20,000 bases of DNA from the IMG/VR virus record IMGVR_UViG_3300027418_000007; one strand, 5' to 3'. Every line of letters begins with the position of its first letter. The first letter of the stretch is position 1. Made by a program: the position numbers and the translations under genes. Below, in pieces: positions 8,389 to 16,047 of the stretch. The notes beneath the pieces were generated by a model. That model was not told the origin of the DNA and did no database searches. It was given only the letters and a program-made list of their open reading frames with translations. The stretch comes from an uncultured virus (IMG/VR IMGVR_UViG_3300027418_000007). Taxonomy: Duplodnaviria; Heunggongvirae; Uroviricota; Caudoviricetes.

Positions 8389-8578
8389 ACGCTCACAAGC
8401 ATTTATGAACGCAGTATGGGATTGTAGGAACAATCAAGGTGCTGATACTGAAGAGAAACTGGTTTCTGCAATCCTACAAGTTGCCGCAGAAACTGTAAGG
8501 TTTTATAATGCTCAAGACAATTTGATTGTTCTGGATAAAAATGATATGCTACAACTCGCACAGGAACTTGACGAATAA
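8381..8578 (+). CDS. Hypothetical protein
   Basis: ATG 8381 (MSERSQAF...) preceded by GAGGA. Confidence 0.7.
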   Translation: MSERSQAFMNAVWDCRNNQGADTEEKLVSAILQVAAETVRFYNAQDNLIVLDKNDMLQLAQELDE

Positions 8579-8596
8579 TCAAAGTCTTGCTATGAT
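8553..8596 (+). promoter_or_regulatory. sigma70-like promoter with a degenerate cassette half-site
   Basis: AACTCGCACA, then TTGACG (8568-8573), 17 nt, TATGAT (8591-8596) with an extended TG. Confidence 0.7.
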
Positions 8597-8626
8597 AACT
8601 AAGTATCTGAACCACTTTGCCAATTT

Positions 8627-8818
8627 ATGATCAAACCCATTAAAGAAGAGTTTCCTCACGGAGATGGATTTCCTATTAAAATAACTCATAAGGATGGTAA
8701 AGAACTAAAGGATTTCAAGACCTGCTATTTCCAGACCGAAGACCACGCTCAAAAGTACATTGCCCGTAACAATTTCAAAAAGAAAGATTACACTATTATC
8801 TACAAGAACGAACAATGA
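8627..8818 (+). CDS. Hypothetical protein
   Basis: First ORF after the promoter. Confidence 0.7.
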   Translation: MIKPIKEEFPHGDGFPIKITHKDGKELKDFKTCYFQTEDHAQKYIARNNFKKKDYTIIYKNEQ

Positions 8819-8946
8819 CCACACGCACTTATACTCAAAAAAACGAAAACCAATGGGAATGGGAAGAAACTCCTGAAACCATTGAGGCACTTAAACAACT
8901 TCACGAAACAGTAAAAAAAGTAAATGACGGAAAAAAAACTGATTGA
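8815..8946 (+). CDS. Small hypothetical protein (43 aa, not in the track)
   Basis: MTTRTYTQKNENQWEWEETPETIEALKQLHETVKKVNDGKKTD*; ATGA-coupled. Confidence 0.6.
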   Translation: MTTRTYTQKNENQWEWEETPETIEALKQLHETVKKVNDGKKTD

Positions 8947-9133
8947 TGATTGCTTTTATATTGAAAAAGCAAGATGGGGTGTTTATCACTCTTATAATAA
9001 AGAAGAAAAACGACTCATTACATCACTGACCGAGGAAGGTTGTATTAATGCCACTAGGTACTATATGAAAGGTCTTCAAGAAGGATTTATGGAAGTAATT
9101 ACTCATCAGGGAAGCGTGGATGGAAAACTCTGA
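8924..9133 (+). CDS. Hypothetical protein
   Basis: Tiles between its neighbours. Confidence 0.65.
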   Translation: MTEKKLIDDCFYIEKARWGVYHSYNKEEKRLITSLTEEGCINATRYYMKGLQEGFMEVITHQGSVDGKL

Positions 9134-9284
9134 TTATCCTTATCATACTCTGGACTCTACCACACCTTGGTATGAGTGGTTGTGCTACTCCGAAATTTGT
9201 CATCAACTGAATGTACCAAATCAACCAAGTGTCGGTAGATTTATGAGGTACAGACAATATCTTAAAGAAATAGGAGTTTTGTGA
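9120..9284 (+). CDS. Small hypothetical protein (54 aa, not in the track)
   Basis: MENSDYPYHTLDSTTPWYEWLCYSEICHQLNVPNQPSVGRFMRYRQYLKEIGVL*; fills the gap exactly. Confidence 0.6.
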   Translation: MENSDYPYHTLDSTTPWYEWLCYSEICHQLNVPNQPSVGRFMRYRQYLKEIGVL

Positions 9285-9595
9285 TGAGATTTAGATTATT
9301 TGATTGGTTTCTCAAAGATTATGAGATGCCTGACAAGTACAAACTTATCGTTTCTGATGAGCACGATAATGAGTATTGTCTTGTAGGACTTTGTTCTTCT
9401 CTTGCCAAGCACGTTGCTATACTTGAAGAACGCATTACTACTCTGGAACAAAAGTATGAAGGTGCTCTTATAGACATTAAGCGTCTTGAAGAAGAGAATG
9501 TAGAGACTACAAATTGTCTGTATGAAAATGCCAACTCTATAGATGCAGTTGATGCCCGTATAGATATTCTTGCCGAACATTATATGAATAAATAG
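9284..9595 (+). CDS. Hypothetical coiled-coil protein
   Basis: AGGAG RBS; heptad-like C-terminal half. Confidence 0.7.
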   Translation: MRFRLFDWFLKDYEMPDKYKLIVSDEHDNEYCLVGLCSSLAKHVAILEERITTLEQKYEGALIDIKRLEEENVETTNCLYENANSIDAVDARIDILAEHYMNK

Positions 9596-9598
9596 TGA

Positions 9599-9680
9599 TG
9601 CTTATTTGTGGTTATTTAAGCAGAATGGGGGCAGAAATGCTCCTTTCCTTGTATAAATAACTATAACCACAAGTAAAGCA
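9599..9680 (+). promoter_or_regulatory. Structured leader plus T4 late promoter of homing endonuclease 2
   Basis: Inverted repeat 9599-9615 / 9663-9680, inner GGGGCA-GAAA-TGCTCC hairpin, TATAAATA at 9652-9659. Confidence 0.7.
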
Positions 9681-9681
9681 G

Positions 9682-10282
9682 ATGGAATATTATACTTACG
9701 CTTATTTGCGTGAAGACGGCACACCTTATTATATTGGAAGGGGAAAGCATCAAAAAAAAATCAAAATATAGAAGAATGAACACTAAATTTGGTCATAGTG
9801 TTTCTGTTCCAAATGAAAAAAGAAGAATTATACTAAAAGATAATCTTTCTCTTAACGATGCTAATAAACACGAAATTTATATGATTTTCATTTTCGGTAA
9901 AAAATATGACGGAACAGGTATATTGAGAAATCTTGTAGATGGTGGAACTGGTGGAGGTGTTGCTGGTAGAAAATTAAGTGAAGAAACAAAAAATAAAATA
10001 GGAAATGCAAATAGAGGTAAAACTCGTTCAGAAGAACATAGAAGAAAAAATGGTGAAGCAAAAAAAGGTAACACTAATTGGTTAGGTAAAACTCATTCAG
10101 AAGAAACTAAAGAAAAAATAAGAAATGTCCATAAAGGAAAACCATTTCCAGGAACTCATAATAATAATAAAGAAACAAAATGGTGGAATGATGGACAAAT
10201 TAACAAAAGAAGTGTAGAATGTCCTGGTAAAGAATGGAAATCTGGAAGATTACCATTAAAACCCTATAAAAAGAGAAAATAA
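9682..10282 (+). pseudogene. GIY-YIG-like/NUMOD3 homing endonuclease interrupted by a +1 frameshift in an A9 run
   Basis: ATG 9682 reads MEYYTYAYLREDGTPYYIGRGKHQKK and stops at 9769-9771. The +1 frame continues SKYRRM...RRIILKDNLS, collinear with the 2343 paralogue. Confidence 0.8.
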
Positions 10283-10283
10283 A

Positions 10284-10475
10284 ATGCCTTATGATAATTT
10301 AACAGAATATGAAAGAGCACTTGCCCGTTTTGGGGATAAAGTGGGTCTCATTGCGGGACTTGAAATATCTGATAAAATCTCACCTGAAGATGCGTATCAG
10401 CAAATCAAAATCTTATATAAAGAACTTAAGGCACTCCGTAAAGAAGAAAAGTCCGAGTGGAACACCCCAAACTAG
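10284..10475 (+). CDS. Hypothetical protein
   Basis: Starts 1 nt after the HEG stop; protein-like composition. Confidence 0.7.
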   Translation: MPYDNLTEYERALARFGDKVGLIAGLEISDKISPEDAYQQIKILYKELKALRKEEKSEWNTPN

Positions 10476-10599
10476 AGTCTGCTCCAAGTGTGGTGTAGAA
10501 AAACCACTTGACAAATCGAATTTTCAGGTGGTAAAATACTTTAAGCACAATTATTCTTATTACTGCAATGAGTGTAACAAACCAAAACCAAGAGATTGA
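10390..10599 (+). CDS. Small CxxC...CxxC zinc-finger-like ORF (start uncertain)
   Basis: RVCSKCGVEKPL...YYCNECNKPKPRD; the only in-frame ATGs lie deep inside the upstream gene. Confidence 0.45.
   Translation: MRISKSKSYIKNLRHSVKKKSPSGTPQTRVCSKCGVEKPLDKSNFQVVKYFKHNYSYYCNECNKPKPRD
10508..10537 (+). promoter_or_regulatory. Possible internal sigma70-like promoter
   Basis: TTGACA, 18 nt, TAAAAT with an extended TG, 30 nt upstream of ATG 10568. Confidence 0.5.
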
Positions 10600-10756
10600 T
10601 TCACTGAAAATTACTCAAAATGATGATGGGTCTTATGAAATGAGTTGGGACAAGGAAGACCCCAATTGGTCGTGGTTGAATAACTTGACAAGCAAAGAGA
10701 TTCAGGTTATAGTACGAGAAGCAATCCAAGACAGACTGAACCAAAATGACGACTAA
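10568..10756 (+). CDS. Hypothetical protein
   Basis: Tiles with its neighbours. Confidence 0.65.
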   Translation: MSVTNQNQEIDSLKITQNDDGSYEMSWDKEDPNWSWLNNLTSKEIQVIVREAIQDRLNQNDD

Positions 10757-11318
10757 TTACCAAAAAATTTGGAATGTGATGAATGACCTAGAAATGGTCA
10801 CCGCCAAAATTTCTTCTGCCCGTGAGATTTTGGATAGTGCTGTTGATAGACTTCAAGAGCATCAGTATGATAAAGCAGAAACTCTTCTGTATGCTGCGGA
10901 TGAATTTCTTCAGTATTACCTTGAAGACTTTGATAGGAAGTTTAAGGATGCCTGGAAAGAAACTGTAACTAAAATCAATCAAGAAGAGACTGACGATTGT
11001 ATGCCGCCTTGGGGGCACAGTGATTTGGAATATCTTTCTAATCTACCCCCAGAAGAACCTAAACAAGATAAAGTAGTCAAGTGGCAACTTCCTGTTGAAG
11101 AAGGAACTGATTGTATAACCGGAGAGCAAGAATACTTTATCACATTCCCAGATGACTTGTTGGAAGCAGCAAATCTTTCTCCGGGTGATGAGGTGGAATG
11201 GGTGGATAATAATGATGGCAGTTTTCTTCTCCGCAAAATTACACAACCAAAAACTTATGATAAAATGGTTGCGGCAGGTTGGACTATGACTGCCGATGGT
11301 TTCTGGTTTAAAGAATGA
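10746..11318 (+). CDS. Protein with a helical N-terminus and a C-terminal AbrB/MazE(SpoVT)-like domain
   Basis: YFITFPDDLLEAANLSPGDEVEWVDNNDGSFLLRK matches the AbrB swapped-hairpin pattern. Confidence 0.7.
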   Translation: MTTNYQKIWNVMNDLEMVTAKISSAREILDSAVDRLQEHQYDKAETLLYAADEFLQYYLEDFDRKFKDAWKETVTKINQEETDDCMPPWGHSDLEYLSNLPPEEPKQDKVVKWQLPVEEGTDCITGEQEYFITFPDDLLEAANLSPGDEVEWVDNNDGSFLLRKITQPKTYDKMVAAGWTMTADGFWFKE

Positions 11319-11494
11319 GAACCATTCAAACCTGTGGTGGATTTGATGGTGAAGTTTATAATATCACCATTGCATTTGAGAAACAAGCAATTACCTTAGA
11401 TGGACTTTCTAAGGATGATGTATTGGAACTAAAGTCCTGTATTGACTGTATGTTATTTGAGGAGGAAAACGATGGCACTATCACAATCAGTTGA
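11315..11494 (+). CDS. Small hypothetical protein (59 aa, not in the track)
   Basis: MRTIQTCGGFDGEVYNITIAFEKQ...; ATGA-coupled. Confidence 0.6.
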   Translation: MRTIQTCGGFDGEVYNITIAFEKQAITLDGLSKDDVLELKSCIDCMLFEEENDGTITIS

Positions 11495-11702
11495 AGAAAA
11501 TTTAAAAGATGCAGAACAATCTTTGAGAGCAGCACTGGCATTTGCAGCACGACAAGAACGACCTATGATATGCTCAGTTATTGCTGATTTGATTAGTCGT
11601 ATTGAATCAGTTCAAAATACTGATTCTATTCTGGATAAACTGGAGAATCGTAAATTTGGTGACACCGGATTCTTTGGAACTATATTTGGAAAAGATGACT
11701 GA
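11472..11702 (+). CDS. Hypothetical protein
   Basis: Strong GAGGAGG RBS before ATG 11472 (MALSQSVEE...). Confidence 0.75.
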   Translation: MALSQSVEENLKDAEQSLRAALAFAARQERPMICSVIADLISRIESVQNTDSILDKLENRKFGDTGFFGTIFGKDD

Positions 11703-12066
11703 ACCTAACGAATTTGGTAAGATGCTAAAAGAATGGTGGGCGTCTGATGCCTGCAAAGAACTTCAGAAGTCAAATGAAGAGGCAAAGCAAAGAGCAATAG
11801 GTAAGTACTTTATGCTCTCTGAGTCTGATAAACTTGATATGGTCCAGGCAATCTGCTATATTATGTGTAAGGCAGAGAAAGAAGGAACCAGTCACAGAGG
11901 ACTGCAAGATGCTCTGGGCATATATCCGGGCGGATTTTGGGTTTCGGAATTAATGACCGTACATAACTCATTGTGGTCTTATTATCACGACCAAAAAGCA
12001 GAAAAGGAACTCAAAGATGATTTGGATGCTTTAGAGGAATTTGTTGAAAACAAAAGAGAATGTTAA
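11695..12066 (+). CDS. Hypothetical protein
   Basis: ATG 11695 (MTEPNEFG...) overlaps the upstream gene end. Confidence 0.7.
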   Translation: MTEPNEFGKMLKEWWASDACKELQKSNEEAKQRAIGKYFMLSESDKLDMVQAICYIMCKAEKEGTSHRGLQDALGIYPGGFWVSELMTVHNSLWSYYHDQKAEKELKDDLDALEEFVENKREC

Positions 12067-12121
12067 GTTTCTACATAATATAAAGGATTTGTGTTAGAAT
12101 CCTAACATTCTTATTAAACCC

Positions 12122-12307
12122 ATGACACTTCCCAAAACAAACTCAGAATATCTCACTCAAGAAGAGTGGAGAGAACTGAATGCTCTGAGAGAAGCAATTA
12201 ATTACAATCCGAGTCAAGTTTGCCCACAAAAGATGGAAAAATTTACGGCATTATTTGTTAGGTCACTTTATGGTAAAGGTGACTCTGTATCCTCACAAAC
12301 AAAATAA
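12122..12307 (+). CDS. Hypothetical protein
   Basis: ORF upstream of CP12. Confidence 0.65.
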   Translation: MTLPKTNSEYLTQEEWRELNALREAINYNPSQVCPQKMEKFTALFVRSLYGKGDSVSSQTK

Positions 12308-12338
12308 AATAAATATTATATCTAATTTACCGAGTATT

Positions 12339-12551
12339 ATGAGTACAATCGATCAGCATATCGAAAAAGACAAACAAGTTCTTGATGACCCAACAATTTC
12401 ACCACAAAATCGTCGGCATACTTCAGAAGAATTAGAAGCACTGAAATCATATAAAGAAAATCATCCAGAAGATTCTCACGATCCGACACGACTTGAACTT
12501 TATTGTGATTCGCACCCTGATGCTCTAGAATGTAGAATGTATGATAATTGA
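12339..12551 (+). CDS. cp12: CP12 Calvin-cycle inhibitor (cyanophage auxiliary metabolic gene)
   Basis: 70 aa MSTIDQHIEKDKQVLDDPTISPQNRRH..EEL...HDPTRLELYCDSHPDALECRMYDN; CP12 C-terminal C-x8-C motif. AATAAATA late-type element at 12308-12315. Confidence 0.85.
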   Translation: MSTIDQHIEKDKQVLDDPTISPQNRRHTSEELEALKSYKENHPEDSHDPTRLELYCDSHPDALECRMYDN

Positions 12552-12555
12552 TTGC

Positions 12556-12591
12556 AAGAGGTTTGACAACCCTCTTTTTTTATGCTATGAT
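12556..12591 (+). promoter_or_regulatory. Overlapping terminator-like hairpin and sigma70 promoter for dam
   Basis: AAGAGG/CCTCTT stem plus T-run; TTGACA (12563-12568) in the loop, 17 nt, TATGAT (12586-12591). Confidence 0.7.
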
Positions 12592-12613
12592 TACATTCAT
12601 ATAGTGGGATATA

Positions 12614-13456
12614 ATGATTAAACCACCTCTCAAGTGGGCAGGAAACAAGTTTAGGGTCTTGCCCCATCTTTTACCTTTAATTGGAACACCCACCAGATAT
12701 TGTGAACCTTTTGGTGGAAGTCTGTCTGTAGCACTAAACGTACAGGCATATGAATATATTCTAAATGACATTAATTCAGATCTGCATTCTCTTTATACAA
12801 ATATTGATATTGAGTTTGTTTCTGATTGTGCCAAGATATTTGTGGACGATAATAATACAAGACAAAGGTATATTGAAATTAGGAATAAGTTTAATTCCGA
12901 GACTGATGCCAGAGAGAGAGCTAAACTGTTCTTATACTTGAACAAACACGCCTTTAATGGTCTCTGTCGTTATAATTCTAAAGGTGAGTTTAATGTTCCC
13001 TATGGTAAGGAGAACAAGAACTCAAAGACTGGGGTAATAGAAAATACAAAGGCACACTTTCCCGAAAAAGAAATGTTGGACTTTATTGCCACATTTAATA
13101 ATAGATGTGTTGAATTTACCAATACCACATTCTCCAACGAATTACTGTATGAATCTTTAGGAGAGGGTGATGTTGTTTACTTTGACCCTCCCTATGTTCC
13201 CACATCTGAGACTTCTAACTTTACCAATTATGCAACAGATGGATTTACTCACGAACAACAGATTGAATTGAGAGATTTAGCAGAAACTCTGGCAAATCGT
13301 GGAATTAAGGTGATACTTTCTAATCACGATGTTCCCGTTACAAGAGAACTTTATAAAAATGCCAAAATCCATTCAATTCAGGTGTCAAGGTCCATTTCTG
13401 CAAAGAGTTCTAGCAGAAAAAAAGCAAGTGAACTGATTGCCGTGTGGCAGTCCTGA
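12614..13456 (+). CDS. dam: DNA adenine methyltransferase (Dam family)
   Basis: PPLKWAGNK, EPFGGS, FNGLCRYNSKGEFNVPYG and DPPY motifs. Confidence 0.92.
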   Translation: MIKPPLKWAGNKFRVLPHLLPLIGTPTRYCEPFGGSLSVALNVQAYEYILNDINSDLHSLYTNIDIEFVSDCAKIFVDDNNTRQRYIEIRNKFNSETDARERAKLFLYLNKHAFNGLCRYNSKGEFNVPYGKENKNSKTGVIENTKAHFPEKEMLDFIATFNNRCVEFTNTTFSNELLYESLGEGDVVYFDPPYVPTSETSNFTNYATDGFTHEQQIELRDLAETLANRGIKVILSNHDVPVTRELYKNAKIHSIQVSRSISAKSSSRKKASELIAVWQS

Positions 13457-13501
13457 AACTGGCACAAGACCCCCCGAATCCCCTGGTGGATGCCCTATAA
13501 T
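13443..13501 (+). promoter_or_regulatory. Palindrome/early-promoter cassette (no canonical -35)
   Basis: TGTGGCA-N10-TGGCACA-N29-TATAAT. Confidence 0.8.
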
Positions 13502-13547
13502 TACAGAGTAAACAATCGAATTGACGGCAATCGTCAGAAAAACTGTT

Positions 13548-14171
13548 ATGGCAAATTTGAATCAATTTTTCAAAGAAATTCTTGAACTTAATTTTGTGTC
13601 TGGTGGATATCAAGTATCAGAACACGAAGTTTCTGTAGAAAATACTTTGATTTCTAATGGATTTTTAAAATCAAAAATTAAAAAAATTACAAAATTACAA
13701 CTCAAAAAAGCACTTAATGGTGGTGATATTCCTGAATTAAAAGAAGGAGAATATATTTCACAACCGACAGGAAAAAATTCCAGTCCGGATTTCATTGTAA
13801 GGTACAATGGTAAACTTTATTTTATTGAATGTAAATCATCCAACAAGACTTATCCCGTTTATAATGGTGGACTTCCAGGGGAAGAGTATATTTACATTTT
13901 TACAAGTAAAGAAACTAATGAGACTACAATTTTTTATGGTAAAGATGTGCTAAAATCAGAAAAGAGAGAATTGTATTCAAAATTGCTTGTAGAACTAAAT
14001 CAAATTCTGCATAAATATCAAAACATGCCAAAATGGGAAGATAAATCTCGTGGATTTGACTATTACATAAGAAATATGTACACTCAGAATGGTAGTGCTG
14101 AAAAAACTAATTATTTTAAACACGAAGGGAGATTAATCTGTGAACAAAACGTTCTCAATTCTATTAGGTGA
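13548..14171 (+). CDS. Putative PD-(D/E)XK restriction endonuclease
   Basis: QPTGKNSSPDF...FIECKS catalytic-type motif; very AT-rich; overlaps the adjacent methyltransferase. Confidence 0.7.
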   Translation: MANLNQFFKEILELNFVSGGYQVSEHEVSVENTLISNGFLKSKIKKITKLQLKKALNGGDIPELKEGEYISQPTGKNSSPDFIVRYNGKLYFIECKSSNKTYPVYNGGLPGEEYIYIFTSKETNETTIFYGKDVLKSEKRELYSKLLVELNQILHKYQNMPKWEDKSRGFDYYIRNMYTQNGSAEKTNYFKHEGRLICEQNVLNSIR

Positions 14172-15027
14172 TTCTAAAGAAGTGTTATCTAATTACGAAG
14201 ATAATACTTTTCATAGTTGTATCACCGATCCCCCTTATGGAATGAATATGGACCATTGGGATCATTCAGTTCCTTCCGTAGACATCTGGGTTGAAGTGTT
14301 TCGCACACTTCGCCCAGGTGCTTTTTGCTTAGCATTTTGTTCTCCAGAACTTTATCATCGTCTGGCATGTAATGTAGAGGATGCTGGATTTAAAATTAAA
14401 GATCAAATTATGTGGATGACCACTACTAAAATGCCCAAACATAATAGATTAAAACCAGCACATGAACCAATAGTAGTAGCACAAAAACCATATCAAGGAA
14501 CACTTCAAAATAATTTTGAGAAGTGGGGATGTGGTTTAATTGATACTGAAAATACTAGAGTGCCATGGGATAAGAAACCACCAACAGGTTGGGTAAAAGA
14601 TGGTGCTAAACGTCGTACATTTGGACGTGATGGAAAAACTACAGGAACACAAGAAGAGTTTGGAACTGTAGATGCTAACCCTGCTGGTAGATATCCTTCT
14701 AATATCATTGGTGACGTATTACCAGAACATCAAAAATATTTTTATGCTCCTCGTGCCACAAGAAAAGAAAAAGGATCCGACAATGACCATCCTACAGTCA
14801 AACCAGTAGATTTGATGGCGTATCTTATCAAGATCTATTCTCCTATCAATTCTACGGTACTTGACCCGTTCGTTGGTAGTGGCAGCACAGGAGTTGCCGC
14901 CATTCGGGAAAATAGAAACTTTGTGGGTATAGATCTTAGTGAACACTATACAGAAATCGCAACCAAGCGGTGTGCAGACTGGGAACTGGCACAAGACCCT
15001 CAGAATCCCCTGCTGGATGCCCTATAA
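14140..15027 (+). CDS. N4-cytosine/N6-adenine DNA methyltransferase (beta class)
   Basis: Motif order TDPPY ... HPTVKP ... VLDPFVGSGSTG; GTG start. Confidence 0.9.
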   Translation: MNKTFSILLGDSKEVLSNYEDNTFHSCITDPPYGMNMDHWDHSVPSVDIWVEVFRTLRPGAFCLAFCSPELYHRLACNVEDAGFKIKDQIMWMTTTKMPKHNRLKPAHEPIVVAQKPYQGTLQNNFEKWGCGLIDTENTRVPWDKKPPTGWVKDGAKRRTFGRDGKTTGTQEEFGTVDANPAGRYPSNIIGDVLPEHQKYFYAPRATRKEKGSDNDHPTVKPVDLMAYLIKIYSPINSTVLDPFVGSGSTGVAAIRENRNFVGIDLSEHYTEIATKRCADWELAQDPQNPLLDAL

Positions 15028-15028
15028 T
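14970..15028 (+). promoter_or_regulatory. Palindrome/early-promoter cassette (no canonical -35)
   Basis: GTGTGCA-N10-TGGCACA-N29-TATAAT; 14984-15028 matches 13457-13501 at 42/45 nt. Confidence 0.8.
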
Positions 15029-15050
15029 AACCTCATAAGCAAGCAAACCG

Positions 15051-15494
15051 ATGACGACCACCTTCGCTGACTACGCTGCCGCCACAGAGGCACGGAAGAA
15101 CATTGAACTTGCCGTTCTGAAGCACACTTGGGAACTTTGTGAGGCACTGCGTCAAAACTTCATTGATTACAACATCAAGTCTCATGAATATGCCATTAAG
15201 AATAAGGATGAGTCTTATGTTCCTTATCATCAGGAATGTGTTGAAAAACTAAAGAATGGTGAATGTGATTATGAGTTCATTATTGAGAGTGGTCGCAAGT
15301 ATCACAAAATCATTATGAATGCTGCTGGTTCTCGCTCTGTTCATGCTTTTGTAGATAAGAAAACTGGACAAATTTATAAAAGTGCCAGTTGGAAATCTCC
15401 TGCCAAAGGTGTTCGTTATGATTTGCGATTGATTGAGCAGCGTGAATGGTTGCTTGAGAATGCGGATTGGAGCGGGTCATATTTGTATAAGTAA
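15051..15494 (+). CDS. Hypothetical protein of a type common in T4-like cyanophages
   Basis: GRKYHKI...SVHAFVDKKTGQIYKSASWKSPAKGVRYDL motif; first gene after the promoter. Confidence 0.8.
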   Translation: MTTTFADYAAATEARKNIELAVLKHTWELCEALRQNFIDYNIKSHEYAIKNKDESYVPYHQECVEKLKNGECDYEFIIESGRKYHKIIMNAAGSRSVHAFVDKKTGQIYKSASWKSPAKGVRYDLRLIEQREWLLENADWSGSYLYK

Positions 15495-15514
15495 TCAAGA
15501 CCCAATCATTCTGG

Positions 15515-15522
15515 TATAAATA
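15515..15522 (+). promoter_or_regulatory. T4-type late promoter for the HNH endonuclease
   Basis: Perfect TATAAATA 24 nt upstream of ATG 15547. Confidence 0.7.
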
Positions 15523-15546
15523 TAAGTAGTTATAAACCAATCAACT

Positions 15547-16047
15547 ATGAAACTTATACCAGGATATGAGGCATATAGTGTCACCGAAGACGGTGTAATC
15601 TATTCTCATAAAAAAACGGGAGGAATGGGAAAAGGAAAAGTCCTTGATTATTCTTACAAAAGAGAACTAAAACCACAAATTAACCACAAAGGATATATGA
15701 ATGTTATTTTGGAACAAAATACTTCTAATGCTAGAACTATGATTATTCATAGGGCAGTAGCATTAGCATATATTCCAAATCCAAATAATTATGATACTGT
15801 AAATCATATTGATGAAAACAAAACAAACAATCACGTATCAAATCTTGAATGGATGAGTAATGCTGACAACGTAGCATATTCACAAGCAAAAATCCGTTTG
15901 ATTGAAACTCCAATTGGTGAAGTTATTGTTGTCTCTAATCTTACAAAATGGTGCCGTGAAGTTTTGGAACTTAAATCCTCTGGAAATATGTTAAGGTCTC
16001 TGCGAAATCCTGGAACAACTTGTAAAGGTTACAAATTACTAAAATGA
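15547..16047 (+). CDS. NUMOD4-HNH homing endonuclease
   Basis: IPGYEAYSVTEDGVIYS (NUMOD4-like) and HRAVALAYIPNP...VNHIDENKTNNHVSNLEW (HNH). Confidence 0.9.
   Translation: MKLIPGYEAYSVTEDGVIYSHKKTGGMGKGKVLDYSYKRELKPQINHKGYMNVILEQNTSNARTMIIHRAVALAYIPNPNNYDTVNHIDENKTNNHVSNLEWMSNADNVAYSQAKIRLIETPIGEVIVVSNLTKWCREVLELKSSGNMLRSLRNPGTTCKGYKLLK

Noticed and set aside
9710..10282. Track ORF taken as an intact gene starting at GTG 9710
   Set aside because: It lacks the catalytic N-terminal motif, which is encoded in another frame from ATG 9682.
2343..16047. Group I introns or inteins hosting the homing endonucleases
   Set aside because: All three lie between complete genes with short flanks. No interrupted host gene or intron core is visible.
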